This document shows, piece after piece, positions 1 to 10,991 of a stretch of 64,000 bases of DNA. How positions within the stretch are numbered: position 1 is the first letter of the stretch; the number at the start of each line of letters is the position of its first letter. The notes under the pieces are model-generated. The model was not told the origin of the DNA and ran no database searches. It was given only the letters and a program-made list of their open reading frames with translations. The stretch comes from Caecitellus pseudoparvulus (taxonomy: Eukaryota; Protista; Bigyra: Bicosoecida), in contig CBFFRQ010000212.1 of the NCBI GenBank assembly GCA_965644315.1, positions 1 to 64,000 of the forward strand. The letters run 5' to 3'. Both the position numbers and the translations under genes were made by a program.

Positions 1-281
1 TTGGTGGATCAAGGCGAGATACCAACGGCTTGTGTCAATCCTGTGAGATCAACACATCGACTTAGAATCTTTCTATGTTTGCGCTAGTTGACTGTCGGGA
101 AAAAGAGAATGTACCATGCCTGAGGAACTGTTTTAGCCATTTTGGCGAGATCAACGAGCCGAACCTTGATTTTTTGCCCCAGGCGTTAGTGAGAAAGGGG
201 TCGCACGCTGTCGAGACAGGAAATCAACCCTGAGAGAGTCAGCACTGCAAGAGCGGCGATTAGGACTCTGGAAATCAAGCA

Positions 282-2465
282 TTGGTACAATTATTCGGGT
301 GTTGTGGCATTTTCGAGGCAATGGAGTCCACCCAATCACGCTTGGTGCAGCCGAGCGTTTCTGTCACCCCGACAACGGCAGCATCCGTTGAGCGACGGGC
401 CTCTGCGCCACATTCTGCATGTTGCGTGATTCAACATGTCGGTCACAAGTTGTTCAAAAGGGTATACCATAAAACACAAAAGCTGCGGGGCACGAAACGT
501 CGCAACATCGACCGCAACGACTCGATGGAGGGGGCCAGGCTGCACCCCAAAATCCGCAAGGGGACACCCACCTACGAATTCCTCACATCGGGCGAGTGCC
601 TCACCTTCATGCGCATGAGAGCAAGAAATTTAGCCAAAGCCCTCTCTGGCTTGATATCGGACAGCTTCTTGAGGTGGAACGCCCTCAGGGACATCCAGAA
701 TGGGCGTGAAGCCGACCTCTTGCTCGGGGTGATGATGGTGTGTGCCGGGCGCAACCGCCAAGAGATCACGTCTAGGCTGAGCATTGCCGCTACTACTCTC
801 CAAGACAGCATTCCTCGGTTGATTCCAGTGCTGAAGACCTTCTTTTACAAAGCGCTGCCCTGGGCAGTGCTTCCAGAGCACCGCAGAGAGGCGCTTTCCT
901 TCCATGGTGGACTGGCTCCAGGGCTGGTAGGGTTCGTAGACGGCCTGACATGGGAGACGAAAGCAACTTCTTCAGACAAAGAGAACCGCATCTGGTACAG
1001 CAACCACCACTCGATGTACGGGTACAACTTTCTGTTGTTCTGCAGTGTTTCGGGGAGGGTTATATGGATCGAACCCATGGGCAAGGGCAACACAGTGTCT
1101 GAGATTGCAGCCGCGCGACGAGCAACCGAGCGCATGCTGCGCTCAGGCGCCATCAAGCAAGGCGAGTACTTTGTCGGTGACGGTGTATTCCAGGGAGTCA
1201 GGCCTGCTGTGCGGCACCTTCCGGGCAACAAGGCGTTGGAGAAGATGGCGGCCCGAGTTCAGTCTCTGTGGGTCTCCTCGCCAGCCCCTGGCTCTCTGCA
1301 TTCTCCACGGGACTTGGCAAGAGCAACGGCTTCCGCCCTGGCACACAAAACTGTGCAGCGTGAGATCTTCGTGTCAGGTCGCCAGGTTGTCGAGAACTGT
1401 GTGAAGGAGTTCAAGACGGTGTGTGGTCTCGTCCGATCGTCCAGTGTCAGACCATTGCAAGCGCAAACCAAGGAAAAAGAGATCAGAGACATGGGGTACA
1501 TTACTGCTGGGATGCTCGCTTTCCAACAAGCAGAGGGGCACCGGGTTCCTCGGTCAGAGCAGTGGCTCCACATCCGCGGTTCGCGTCAGCCAGCACTCGT
1601 CCTGTTTGAGCTGTTTGCATCCTTGGCTGGAGATTGTCCTGCTTCTAATCGCCGTGACAGTGAACTTGACGCAAGCCTTCCGAGCGGCATCGCGAAACGA
1701 AGGAGCGTATCTTTTCTTCATGACGTCTTACGGCTGCTTCGCGGGGCCGAGTTGGGTACGGCCGGGAGGCCTTCACTGGAACGAAGCGATATTGAGGCTG
1801 CTACTCAGCTGCAGCAAGTGCTCGCCTGGTCGGAACAAGGGAACTTGTCTCCTCTTGTAAGTGGCATTTTGTGCGGTGGTCTCACAGAACTTGGCAGGCT
1901 GAAAAAGCAGCGCAGGCAGGTAGCTGTCTCGCCACGCTCTGGTGTCGCATCCCCTGGGGGGGCCTCCTCTCCTGGCATCATGGCATCGCCACACTCTCCA
2001 CCTGGATACTGCCGCCCCGCCAAGACTGACGACGACAAGGTACGCCCACAGGAAGTCATGGATCTTGAAAAGCTGTGGGGTGCTGCAGCAGACAAGGCTG
2101 CTCTTGCCGGCAAGCCAGTTGTAGTCGGCAAGTACAATCATGATCCTGAGCTGTCCTACCCTCGTGGGATCGTCTACGCTCTTATTGAACCCACTCGAGA
2201 CACCGCCACTTTTGAGGAGTCAGAAGAGGCGTATGATGTGTGGTACTATGACAAGTACGGAGATGAACTCCTCGAGACCCTCCCTGATGGGCAGACCGGA
2301 GGGCACTTGCTCACATCCCTCCTTGAAGCAGAGACCCGCGACGTGGCAAAGAAAGACTACACGTGGCTCCCACCAGAGCACTTCAAGGAGGACTTTGACG
2401 GGAGTCAGCTTGTCGCGTACATGATGGATTGTCAGTCCTACAACTACGGCTACGTGAACGAGTGA
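282..2465 (+). CDS. PIF/Harbinger-type DDE transposase (DDE_Tnp_4-like) with C-terminal extension
   Basis: 727-aa ORF with Harbinger motifs VGFVDG, WYSNHHSMYGYNFLLFCSVSGRVIWI, YFVGDGVF and RQVVENCVKEFK, plus an upstream HTH-like segment; true start may be downstream. Confidence 0.8.
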   Translation: MVQLFGCCGIFEAMESTQSRLVQPSVSVTPTTAASVERRASAPHSACCVIQHVGHKLFKRVYHKTQKLRGTKRRNIDRNDSMEGARLHPKIRKGTPTYEFLTSGECLTFMRMRARNLAKALSGLISDSFLRWNALRDIQNGREADLLLGVMMVCAGRNRQEITSRLSIAATTLQDSIPRLIPVLKTFFYKALPWAVLPEHRREALSFHGGLAPGLVGFVDGLTWETKATSSDKENRIWYSNHHSMYGYNFLLFCSVSGRVIWIEPMGKGNTVSEIAAARRATERMLRSGAIKQGEYFVGDGVFQGVRPAVRHLPGNKALEKMAARVQSLWVSSPAPGSLHSPRDLARATASALAHKTVQREIFVSGRQVVENCVKEFKTVCGLVRSSSVRPLQAQTKEKEIRDMGYITAGMLAFQQAEGHRVPRSEQWLHIRGSRQPALVLFELFASLAGDCPASNRRDSELDASLPSGIAKRRSVSFLHDVLRLLRGAELGTAGRPSLERSDIEAATQLQQVLAWSEQGNLSPLVSGILCGGLTELGRLKKQRRQVAVSPRSGVASPGGASSPGIMASPHSPPGYCRPAKTDDDKVRPQEVMDLEKLWGAAADKAALAGKPVVVGKYNHDPELSYPRGIVYALIEPTRDTATFEESEEAYDVWYYDKYGDELLETLPDGQTGGHLLTSLLEAETRDVAKKDYTWLPPEHFKEDFDGSQLVAYMMDCQSYNYGYVNE

Positions 2466-2470
2466 AACAA

Positions 2471-3904
2471 TCACGGGGAGTCAGAGTGCCCTCGGCGGCG
2501 TCTGTTGTATCTCGCTACGTCTTGGAGAAATGCATCTCCTGTGCTTGGCACGTTGTCAGTGAAGTTTGGGCGAGTTCTCTTGTGACCGCCAATGGTGGGG
2601 CGGTCCGAAGCCTCGGGTGAAGGAGTTGGGGCGGGACCACCTAATCCTTCTTGCCGCATCGCACCAGAAGAGCTCGGTGGGGCACGAGAAGAAGATGGTG
2701 ACCTCGAAGCACTTGCAGTGTCAGCGGGAATGTGCCCAGTTTGTGAAGAAGCTATGACACTGAGGAGCTCCACAGCTCTCCTCTGATCTGCCCGGCCCTG
2801 GTCCACTTTGTCCACGAGCAGCACGAGCATCTCTGCCATTTTCTCGAATGGTGCAAGAAGGGCAATCGCATCACGAGCAAAAGCATTTACTGCCGAAGAA
2901 ATGCCCATCCCCACCAGCGCCGATTGACGCGCAGCTTCTGCTCGGGCAGCACGTTGCGCATCGGGCTCCACGGGCTCTTCCCCAGGCTGTGACTGTCCGG
3001 CCAGATCGTGCGAGTCATGAGGCAGATGAGGATTCTCGAGCAACGCGCTGTGGCTTTGGGTGCTACTCGCAAAAGACGAATCCAAGGAGCTCTCTCCGCT
3101 GCCCTCAACTGGACCCAGCCCTCCGGTGGGCGGCGTGGGTTGGGGGGCGGGTGCTTGCCCCAGAGATATCCCGAGGGAGGGGACAGTAGGAACGTTGCTG
3201 GCACTTCCTTGCGATTCTTGACTTACAGCTGACCCTTGGATTCCGGGTGGCCCCAGTGAACCCTGCTGGGTGTGGAGTGTTTGCATCGGCAAGCCAACAG
3301 CGTGGCTCTGGACCTGCGTGAAGGTTGCCAGGCTCGCACGAGGGGCGTTGTGGAGGTCCAAGAGTCTGCGGACCAACCACATGTCAATGAGAGCATGAAA
3401 GGAAATAGGTACGATGTCCTCGTAAACACGGAACATGGTCTGCACCATGTCCGCGACGGTTGGGTAAACAGTCCGGCTGGTGCTCGGTAGGCCTCGCATG
3501 GCACATGCCTTGTCCCACAGCTCAGTGAACACGTCTTGGAACTCAGCGTGTGCCTTGTTCAGGTTCTTCCTTGTTGCATGGTAAAACATGCAGTGGGTAG
3601 CATGAAACACGGCTGATGCATGTGCCTTGCACTTCGGCCGGGAGCACAGTCCATGACTGTCCAGCTTCTGGAAGGAGAATTCGGGGATGAGAGCGGGGTC
3701 CAATACAAAGACGGGGGCATTTCTGTTCGAAAGGCGCAGGATTGCGTCGCCCAGGATGTGTCCATCCACGGGGATGCCCAATTCAGAGAGCATGGTAGCT
3801 GGACTTTGTAGGTTGTTTGCACCACTCGGGTCAAAGGGGCGCTCCCGAGACAGACAAGAGAAGGAAAGTGAGCCAGGAGTTGTGCCCAACATGCCCCCCG
3901 TCAC
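2471..3904 (-). CDS. Probable Harbinger accessory (ORF2) protein
   Basis: 477-aa ORF convergent with the transposase, stops 5 bp apart; the two-ORF arrangement is typical of Harbingers; C-x4-C...H...C cluster and low-complexity middle. Confidence 0.5.
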   Translation of the reverse strand: MTGGMLGTTPGSLSFSCLSRERPFDPSGANNLQSPATMLSELGIPVDGHILGDAILRLSNRNAPVFVLDPALIPEFSFQKLDSHGLCSRPKCKAHASAVFHATHCMFYHATRKNLNKAHAEFQDVFTELWDKACAMRGLPSTSRTVYPTVADMVQTMFRVYEDIVPISFHALIDMWLVRRLLDLHNAPRASLATFTQVQSHAVGLPMQTLHTQQGSLGPPGIQGSAVSQESQGSASNVPTVPSLGISLGQAPAPQPTPPTGGLGPVEGSGESSLDSSFASSTQSHSALLENPHLPHDSHDLAGQSQPGEEPVEPDAQRAARAEAARQSALVGMGISSAVNAFARDAIALLAPFEKMAEMLVLLVDKVDQGRADQRRAVELLSVIASSQTGHIPADTASASRSPSSSRAPPSSSGAMRQEGLGGPAPTPSPEASDRPTIGGHKRTRPNFTDNVPSTGDAFLQDVARYNRRRRGHSDSP

Positions 3905-4653
3905 CGGGGCGTCCTTTGTGTTGTAGAGAATCGCCTATTTGGCAAAGGAGGGGGGGAAGTGTGACGGTATGCGTAGCGATTTCCGCACACCGTTTCAAAC
4001 CCTCACAGCTGCAAGAATGGTGTGCTCCGGTGGACTCAATGCAGTCCCCCTTTGTGACTTCGCACGCCGATCTAGCCTCCCTTGGGCTTGAAGTCCCGCC
4101 TGCTTTCACGGTAGGGGAGACCTTGACCTGTGAGCAACGCTCAAAATCTTGCCGTTATGCTCACCATTCAAACTGTGCTCGAGACTTGCTGAGGAAAGTA
4201 CCAAGACCAAGGCACTGAGTGGCAATTCAGTGCAAAGCGGAGAAACAGATGAGTATCCGTTTTAGGCGAACGAGCGGGCCTACGTTGCGCTGGGGCAGGG
4301 CTGCCGATCGAGACACGAGCACAAACGGCTACAAACACCCGCGTACTGCCGCACCCTCAGTTGCACGAAAAAAAGAACACCCAACAAGGCATACATGAGT
4401 GGATGGGAGGCGCTGGTAAATTCATATTGCACAACACCTCCTCACTGTGGAAATCGACTCCGCTGGTGACAAATCACAGGGGCCCCTGGAGTTCAAACCA
4501 ACCCTGATCCACCAATCCGTGACGCACCTACTTCCGAGGCAGGGCATGTGTCAAGGACATGCCCACCCCAAACCCCAGAAACGCAAAGAAGTGTCGCTTG
4601 GAAAGAGCTGCCTACGACGCAGCCGTAACTCCTGCCCCTTTCGGGGGAAGCAA

Positions 4654-5030
4654 GCGTTCTGCTCCTACGACCTGTGGAGGGGCATGGATGGTTTGAGTTC
4701 ATTTCTAACGAAACACACTCACCTGGGGACCACCGAGAACGCCACGGGGGCCATGCGCTCGACACCGGCGTGTCGCATCCGCTGGCGCCCCATGCCCGAC
4801 GGCGTTCGGCGACCGGTGTCCCACCCACGCCTGTAAGAAGGGCAAGGAAAAAACTTTGTGTTGAACCCTTGCTGGAGGATAAAGAACTCAATGCTTCCGA
4901 TGTCGTGAGCGAAGGAGAAGGAGATGGAAGTGCACGCATACCGAGCTTGTGCACAGCTCTCCCCCTCCCTCGCTCCGTTGCAGAACCTGCGTTTCCGCCC
5001 CCCCCGGGGGCCCAGACAACTAAAGTTGTC
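4654..5030 (+). repeat. Dispersed host repeat, copy 1
   Basis: Near-identical to 33306-33690 (cctacgacctgtggagggg...ctaaagttgt); partial third copy about 57632-57740. Confidence 0.85.
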
Positions 5031-5562
5031 CTGCCTTCCAAGTCTGCGGCAATCGCGATTGAAAGTGCTGTTCATCAACCCTTGCGATATCTTGGCCGGG
5101 ACAAGAAGTTTCGATGTGCAGCTAGCGTGCTCTGGGGCAGGCTGTAATTAGATGTCCGGATCAGCAACGCGTACACTGCAGCTGGCTCAGTGCAACATCA
5201 GTTTACGCTTTATGAGCTGTACTTGCAGCTCCTTGATACATACCAATGTAGCCACACTCGCCACTTCAAATTTGTTGTTGTACGCGCTCTCATGCACCCT
5301 ACTGTGCTTTTGTGTCACACCGTGGCGAGACGTGCCCCGCGTTTCGCCCGAGCTTCGAATGTCCGCGGCTAAAGCCAAGCCTTGTACCGTAAGATGGTCT
5401 AGGCCATAACAGTGGTCTGCACGTCGCTGGAATGTGTATCTTCCACTTTTCGTCGTGCCAGGCAAAGTTGTTGAGCGTGTCTTGCACACAGTAACGTGGA
5501 CTTCTTTCGAAGGACCTTGCATTGGGCACACTCTTCTTCAATCTCTCAGGAATTGAAAGACT

Positions 5563-5567
5563 AAGGA
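5563..5567 (+). repeat. Target-site duplication AAGGA (left) of element 1
   Basis: AAGGA directly before the TIR and again at 27717-27721. Confidence 0.9.
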
Positions 5568-6144
5568 GGGGGACAATACATACATAAATGTATGTATGTG
5601 CGGTGTGTCTCAACTGCTGCCGCAGTTTGCGACTAAAAACAGATATATTTATAAATAGTTTTCTTAGATAAAATCTATAAATACCATTCTTAGATATATT
5701 TATACTATATCTATAACACTTATTAAGCCCTACCCCTACAAAAACAATCCCTTATAAACCCTTGATACCATTTTTATACTACTATTTACTACTATTTTAT
5801 AAGGGTTATCTTAAGGGTTATCACTACAATAAATAGAAATAATATAAAAAATATAATAAATATATATATATATATATTTTTTGAAACTCTTCTTAACACT
5901 TCATCAACAATCAATCAAAATAAAATTGAAGCAATCAAGCATCCACCCAATCTACCTATTCCAGAAACAATCAAAGGAGACGAAAAGCCAAAATAAAAAA
6001 CATCATAAAATATCACTTATTCATATATCACATAACCCTAAATCCAATCTAACCCTTATCCCTTAATCCCTTAACCCTAAATCCTACATAGTGTGTGGAG
6101 TGTGTGCGAATATATAATAAAAAACATTCTCTCACATTTTAAAA
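5568..6144 (+). repeat. Left terminal inverted repeat of element 1 (577 bp)
   Basis: Reverse complement of 27140-27716; begins GGGGGACAATAC. Confidence 0.95.
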
Positions 6145-6178
6145 GGGTTTTAAGATAATTATTTTATTAATATATATA

Positions 6179-6724
6179 ATGTCTATAATGGATCCTCATT
6201 TATTATATAATATTATAAATTGTGAAAATATAGAAGATGATATTTTAATAAGTTGTTGTGGTAGTATAGAATGTATAAGAAATATATTTATTAGAGCTAC
6301 AAGATTTGCGGGGGTTGATAATTCAAAAATAACAATTGAAGATATTAAGAATATTAAAAAATCAGGATTAACCATTGATTTAATAAAAAAATTTGATGAT
6401 GGTAATTTAAATTTTACAGTATTACATAAATTTAAAAATTTTAGTATTGATTGGATTTTTAAATATCCAGATAAGAAATGGAACGCAGAAGAAATAGAAA
6501 AAAAAGAATGGTTTTTTTATAATTTAATAGAAATATTTAATAATTTTGAATGGTCGTCTAATACATTAAAAGAATATATCAAAATACAAAACTATAAAGA
6601 AAAACACAAAAGAAAATATAAAGATGTATTAGATGAATTAATAACGGTTGTTTATCATCCTGATAATGCTGAAAGATTAGGATTATTTGAAACAGTTTCA
6701 AAAATGATTTTTTTTAATTATTAA
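6179..6724 (+). CDS. Hypothetical protein, paralog of 24149-24933 (giant-virus-like YPDKxW repeat and VVYHP tail)
   Basis: 181 aa; shares KYPDKKWN and VLDE...VVYHPDNAERLGLF with the 24 kb gene. Confidence 0.75.
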   Translation: MSIMDPHLLYNIINCENIEDDILISCCGSIECIRNIFIRATRFAGVDNSKITIEDIKNIKKSGLTIDLIKKFDDGNLNFTVLHKFKNFSIDWIFKYPDKKWNAEEIEKKEWFFYNLIEIFNNFEWSSNTLKEYIKIQNYKEKHKRKYKDVLDELITVVYHPDNAERLGLFETVSKMIFFNY

Positions 6725-6941
6725 TTGATAATTAATATTTATAAAAAATAATGTATTCAATAAAAAATACAACTATATAATATAATATAATGGAAAATGG
6801 CTCATTGACAACTCAAATCGATTTGAAATAATTTTTAAATTACATCTTGATATATATAATATCCTAGATAAAATTTTTTATAAAACTAATTTATTTAAAT
6901 ATAAAATATAATTTAAAAAATAAATATTCTAAATATATATA

Positions 6942-7489
6942 ATGAAGAGTCTAAAGACGTTATTAAGTATACATAAAAGAGAGCTCAACAAATATCACGC
7001 TTTGATAAATAATTATTGTAAAATTGAGGATTATTCATATTTTTTTATTATTCTATTTTTAATGAACCATCAATAAAAATAAGAAAAGAAACAAAGCTTG
7101 AGAATTTAGAAAAAGTTAAATTAGAAGTTGAAGCAGAAACAGAGGATATAAGAAATAAAATAAAAACCTTTGAAAAATTAATAGATTTATTAGAAGTTAT
7201 AAATTTATATATTGATGATTTACCAAAAAGACAATTTATTATTGATACACTAGGGACAAACTGCCCGGAAGCTTTCGTTCATCAACATTATATATTAAAA
7301 TCTCAAATATTACCAAAAATTCCAAAAAATATAAAAACTATATCTTATGAATTAAAAGAACTTTTAAAAGATGAATTTTTTATGAAGATGATAAACAGAA
7401 TAAAGAACAATGGATTTTATACCAGATACGAGACAAAAGAAGATTTAATCCAATATTTAAAAGAGGAATATCCAGACCATAAATTTTAA
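6942..7489 (+). pseudogene. Hypothetical gene (about 182 aa) broken by one frameshift in a T-run near 7040-7046
   Basis: ATG at 6942 preceded by a TCTA motif; adding one T gives an open frame to TAA at 7489. Confidence 0.6.
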
Positions 7490-7527
7490 ATAATCAATAA
7501 TAATATATTAATATATATATATTATTA

Positions 7528-8592
7528 ATGATATCAGATAAAATATTAAAAGATTTGAAGATTTTGAAAGATTCTAAAAAATCAAAATTAACAACATTAA
7601 CCAAACCCCCAAAGAAGGACAAAGGAGAAGAGATACCAACACATAAAGCATTAATAAAAGATAGTATCCAACAGGCTGATTTATTATTCTTACCAAATGA
7701 TAATAATTATATATATTTATTAGTGGTGGTAGATGTGGCGACAAAAGCTGCCGACGCTGAGCCATTAAAAAATAAGAAGAGTGAAACAGTATTAAAAGCG
7801 TTAAAAAGAATATGGAAACGAAAATATTTAAACCCTCCATCCGTGATATTTAAAACAGATGACGGGACAGAATTTAAAGGACATGTTAAAGAATATTTCA
7901 ATAATCCAAAAAATGCGACCTTAAAAAATTCAAGAGTTTCAAGACATAGACAAACAGCAGTTGTTGAAGCACTAAATAAAACGTTAGGGCGTATAATATC
8001 ACTAAAACATAAACAATATGAATTAATACACGGACAAACCACAAACGAGTGGGCTAATATTATCCCTGATATCATGAAACTATATAATAAATATATTTTA
8101 GAAAAACCAAAAATAGGAATTAAAGAATTTTTTAAAATGCCATATATACCAAAAGATATATTGAAACGTGGAGATTTAGTAAAAGTTATTTTAGATTATC
8201 CACAAAATATAAAGGGTGAAAGATTACACGGAACATTTAGAACAGGCGATATAAGATACGAAGTAAATAAAATAAGAAAAATAGAGGGTGTTTTAATTAC
8301 ACCAGGACAACCGCCAATATATACGATTGAAGGTATAGATAATACAGGATACACAAGAAACCAGCTTTTATTAATAGAAGAACCAGAAGAGGAACCAGAA
8401 GAAGACGAAGATAATAAACGATACGAAGTAGAGAAGATAACAGGAGAGAAAAAGATTAAGAATAAGAAATATTATCGTATAAAATGGAAGGGATACAAAC
8501 AACAAACATACGAACCAGCCCAGACCATAAATTCACAAATACCAGAATTAGTAAAAAATTATAAAAAATATAAAAACTCTAAGAAAAAATAA
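7528..8592 (+). CDS. Retroviral-type (rve) integrase with C-terminal chromodomain
   Basis: QADLLFL, LVVVDVA, KTDDGTEFKG, VVEALNKTL (DDE triad); YEVEKI...YRIKWKGY...TYEP chromodomain. Confidence 0.92.
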   Translation: MISDKILKDLKILKDSKKSKLTTLTKPPKKDKGEEIPTHKALIKDSIQQADLLFLPNDNNYIYLLVVVDVATKAADAEPLKNKKSETVLKALKRIWKRKYLNPPSVIFKTDDGTEFKGHVKEYFNNPKNATLKNSRVSRHRQTAVVEALNKTLGRIISLKHKQYELIHGQTTNEWANIIPDIMKLYNKYILEKPKIGIKEFFKMPYIPKDILKRGDLVKVILDYPQNIKGERLHGTFRTGDIRYEVNKIRKIEGVLITPGQPPIYTIEGIDNTGYTRNQLLLIEEPEEEPEEDEDNKRYEVEKITGEKKIKNKKYYRIKWKGYKQQTYEPAQTINSQIPELVKNYKKYKNSKKK

Positions 8593-8623
8593 TTCTTTAA
8601 AAATATTTTCTAAAGCATGATAT

Positions 8624-9085
8624 ATGGATTTTATAAAACCAACTCAAAAATATATAAATAGTCTTAATAAATCAAGAGATGAAGGATTTAATAAAGAACG
8701 CCAAGTTTTAAAAAGACTTAATAAAATAACCAAAAATAAATTTTATAAAACAACAGATTTTTTTAATCATTTTGACTTTATAACAAAAGACGGAAAATAT
8801 AATATAGAATTAAAAAGCAGAAACAACACATATAACAAATACCCAACAACCATAATAAATATAGAGAAGATAAGATATATAAAAGCCGCTAAATTAGAAC
8901 ATCCTAAAAAACGTTTTTATTTCTTATTTAATTTCTGCGATGGTTTATACTACATTAAATATAAATCAAAAGTATTTGATAAATTCAATATTAAAAATAT
9001 ATGTAGGCATGATAGAGATATTGTAAAACTTCATTTAGAAATACCCATTTCAAAACTAAAACCAATAGAAAAGATTAAAATATAA
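8624..9085 (+). CDS. PD-(D/E)XK nuclease
   Basis: E...FDFITKDGKYNIELKSR motif. Confidence 0.7.
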   Translation: MDFIKPTQKYINSLNKSRDEGFNKERQVLKRLNKITKNKFYKTTDFFNHFDFITKDGKYNIELKSRNNTYNKYPTTIINIEKIRYIKAAKLEHPKKRFYFLFNFCDGLYYIKYKSKVFDKFNIKNICRHDRDIVKLHLEIPISKLKPIEKIKI

Positions 9086-9119
9086 ATATATTTTAATAAT
9101 GTTTATTAAAATATATTTA
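9083..9119. terminator. 17-bp-stem hairpin at the nuclease gene 3' end
   Basis: taaatatattttaataa-tgt-ttattaaaatatattta overlapping the stop, between convergent genes. Confidence 0.6.
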
Positions 9120-9217
9120 AAATTAGTTTTATTTTTGTCTCTTATTTTTTGTTTTTTACTTTTTTATTTAACACCTTAAGAGCGTCTTAATAAAAACCCT
9201 ATATTTTTAAGTCGTTT

Positions 9218-9781
9218 TTAGAACTTATTTGATAATTTAAAAGTAGCTTTTATAACGTTGTATAATTCATCATAAGAAGAAAAGATATTTAATAAATCTT
9301 GACCGCAGCTGCTTATTAATTCTAATCTGTTAGATTCAACTTTTTTTAATTCATCAGCGGGGATATTTTGCGTGATTTTTCTAAATAAATCATTAGAAGG
9401 GGTTAAGCATACGATTGCTTTATCTTCAACACCAAGAAATTTAGCCTCATCAATAGAAGAAACAACCAATAATAATGAGTGGTCTTTTAAATCTTTTCTA
9501 AGTTTATTAACATATTCTTTAGCTTTTACTAAATAATTTACGTTAGAATTTACCGAGTTTTCACGTGGCACACTTTCGCCAACATCAACTAAAAGAACTT
9601 TATTATTGCCTTTTAATTTTTCGCACATTCTACTTTTTCCAGTTTTAGAGCTCATCACAACAGCCCCAAATTTTACTGCTTTAAATTTTTTAGCTCTTCC
9701 ATTTTTCCAACAATTATAAGAGCTTTTAACGCCTAACGATACTAAGGCGCCGCCTACCATTAATCCTGTTTCTAAATTCAT
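9218..9781 (-). CDS. Small protein with hydrophobic N-terminus and degenerate P-loop; homolog of 43619-44182
   Basis: 187 aa, GAVVMSSKTGKS and LLVDVG; colinear with the element 2 copy. Confidence 0.8.
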   Translation of the reverse strand: MNLETGLMVGGALVSLGVKSSYNCWKNGRAKKFKAVKFGAVVMSSKTGKSRMCEKLKGNNKVLLVDVGESVPRENSVNSNVNYLVKAKEYVNKLRKDLKDHSLLLVVSSIDEAKFLGVEDKAIVCLTPSNDLFRKITQNIPADELKKVESNRLELISSCGQDLLNIFSSYDELYNVIKATFKLSNKF

Positions 9782-9844
9782 AATATATATTATACTAGAG
9801 ATTTTTTATTTTTTTATTAATCGTCTTTAATAATTTATTTATCT

Positions 9845-10667
9845 TTATGATTTATATATAATATGAATTTTTTTATTTTTATTAATTTGATAAATTCCCC
9901 CGTATTCTTCATAATAGAATTTTTTAAAAATGTAGTTTAAAACGTCAATTTTATTCATAACAAATAAACAATTTTTATTATTATTCATGAATTTATATAT
10001 ATCTAAATATATAGTTGTCCCGTCAGTATATTTTATTTTCTTATTTTTTCCTTTGAAAGTGTATGCGTATTCAGTATTACAAGAATTAAAATAAGGAGGG
10101 TCAAAATAATATAATATTTTCTTATTTTTATATTTTTTTAGTTTGTTTTAAAAAATCGTTAAGTTCTAAATTAGAAAATTCACATTTTGAAAACATTTTA
10201 ATATAATCGTCTTTCTTTTTTAGGAAATTATTTATTTTTGTTTCAAATTTATCAATTCCACAAATACCAAGACATTTAGAAGATATTAATTTTAATAAAT
10301 AATTTTCATATTTTATTTTATTTTCTTTTTGTTTTAAATATTGAGTTAATTTTTTATCGTTCGTTTCTTTATTTAATTCTAATTCATTATATAATTTATT
10401 TTTATAATCAATAATAAAATTTAATGTTCCGTCAAAGTCGTTTTTTAAATCATTATAAAATTTAATTATTTGTGGGTCAATATCATTAATTAAAAATTTA
10501 ATATTATTATTATCTTTATGTTTTAAAAAATAATATCTACTAAATCCAAAAATACCAGCACAAGGTTCAGCTATATAATCAAAATCAGAATTTTCAACAA
10601 AATCATTTAAATATTTCTTTGTTTCTAGATATTTATTTCCATTATAATTAAAAATAAATCTATCCAT
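9845..10667 (-). CDS. Dam/D12-class N6-adenine DNA methyltransferase (frameshift in a homopolymer run at about 10133-10139)
   Basis: FNYNGNK, EPCAGIFG, INDID in the first frame; YYFDPPYFNS in the shifted frame, running to TAA at 9845. Confidence 0.82.
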
Positions 10668-10676
10668 ATTAAATAC

Positions 10677-10973
10677 CTAGACAAAAAAATATTTAAAATT
10701 TTTAAAAAACATTTCATTATATGTTTTAACGGCATCTTTTAAATTATCATCATCACCCCATAATAAAAAGAATGATAAATAACCCGGTCTTTTAGGGTCA
10801 TACGTTAATAAATCTTTTTCGTGTCTTTTTCTGTAATTTTTACGTTTTCTTTTATCTTTATGGTCTATATATGTTTCTCCTCCATTATATCCAAAATGTG
10901 CTTTAGTTCCATCATTAAATATAGCGACGAAACGTTTATTTTTTCTATTACTTTTTTTAATATCAATAATCAT
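10677..10973 (-). CDS. Tlr6F-like (DUF5754-like) protein
   Basis: KSNRKNKRF...HFG...YIDHKD..R..Y..RH...PGYLS..LLW pattern. Confidence 0.8.
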   Translation of the reverse strand: MIIDIKKSNRKNKRFVAIFNDGTKAHFGYNGGETYIDHKDKRKRKNYRKRHEKDLLTYDPKRPGYLSFFLLWGDDDNLKDAVKTYNEMFFKNFKYFFV

Positions 10974-10991
10974 TATAAAAACATATATAAT

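Larger units (their letters stand above)
282..3904. mobile_element. PIF/Harbinger-like DNA transposon (termini not located)
   Basis: Transposase plus convergent second ORF. Confidence 0.6.

Noticed and set aside
5881-6066. 61-aa ORF, also at 27218-27403
   Set aside because: Lies inside the TIR, has a non-ATG start and low complexity; the duplication is explained by the TIR
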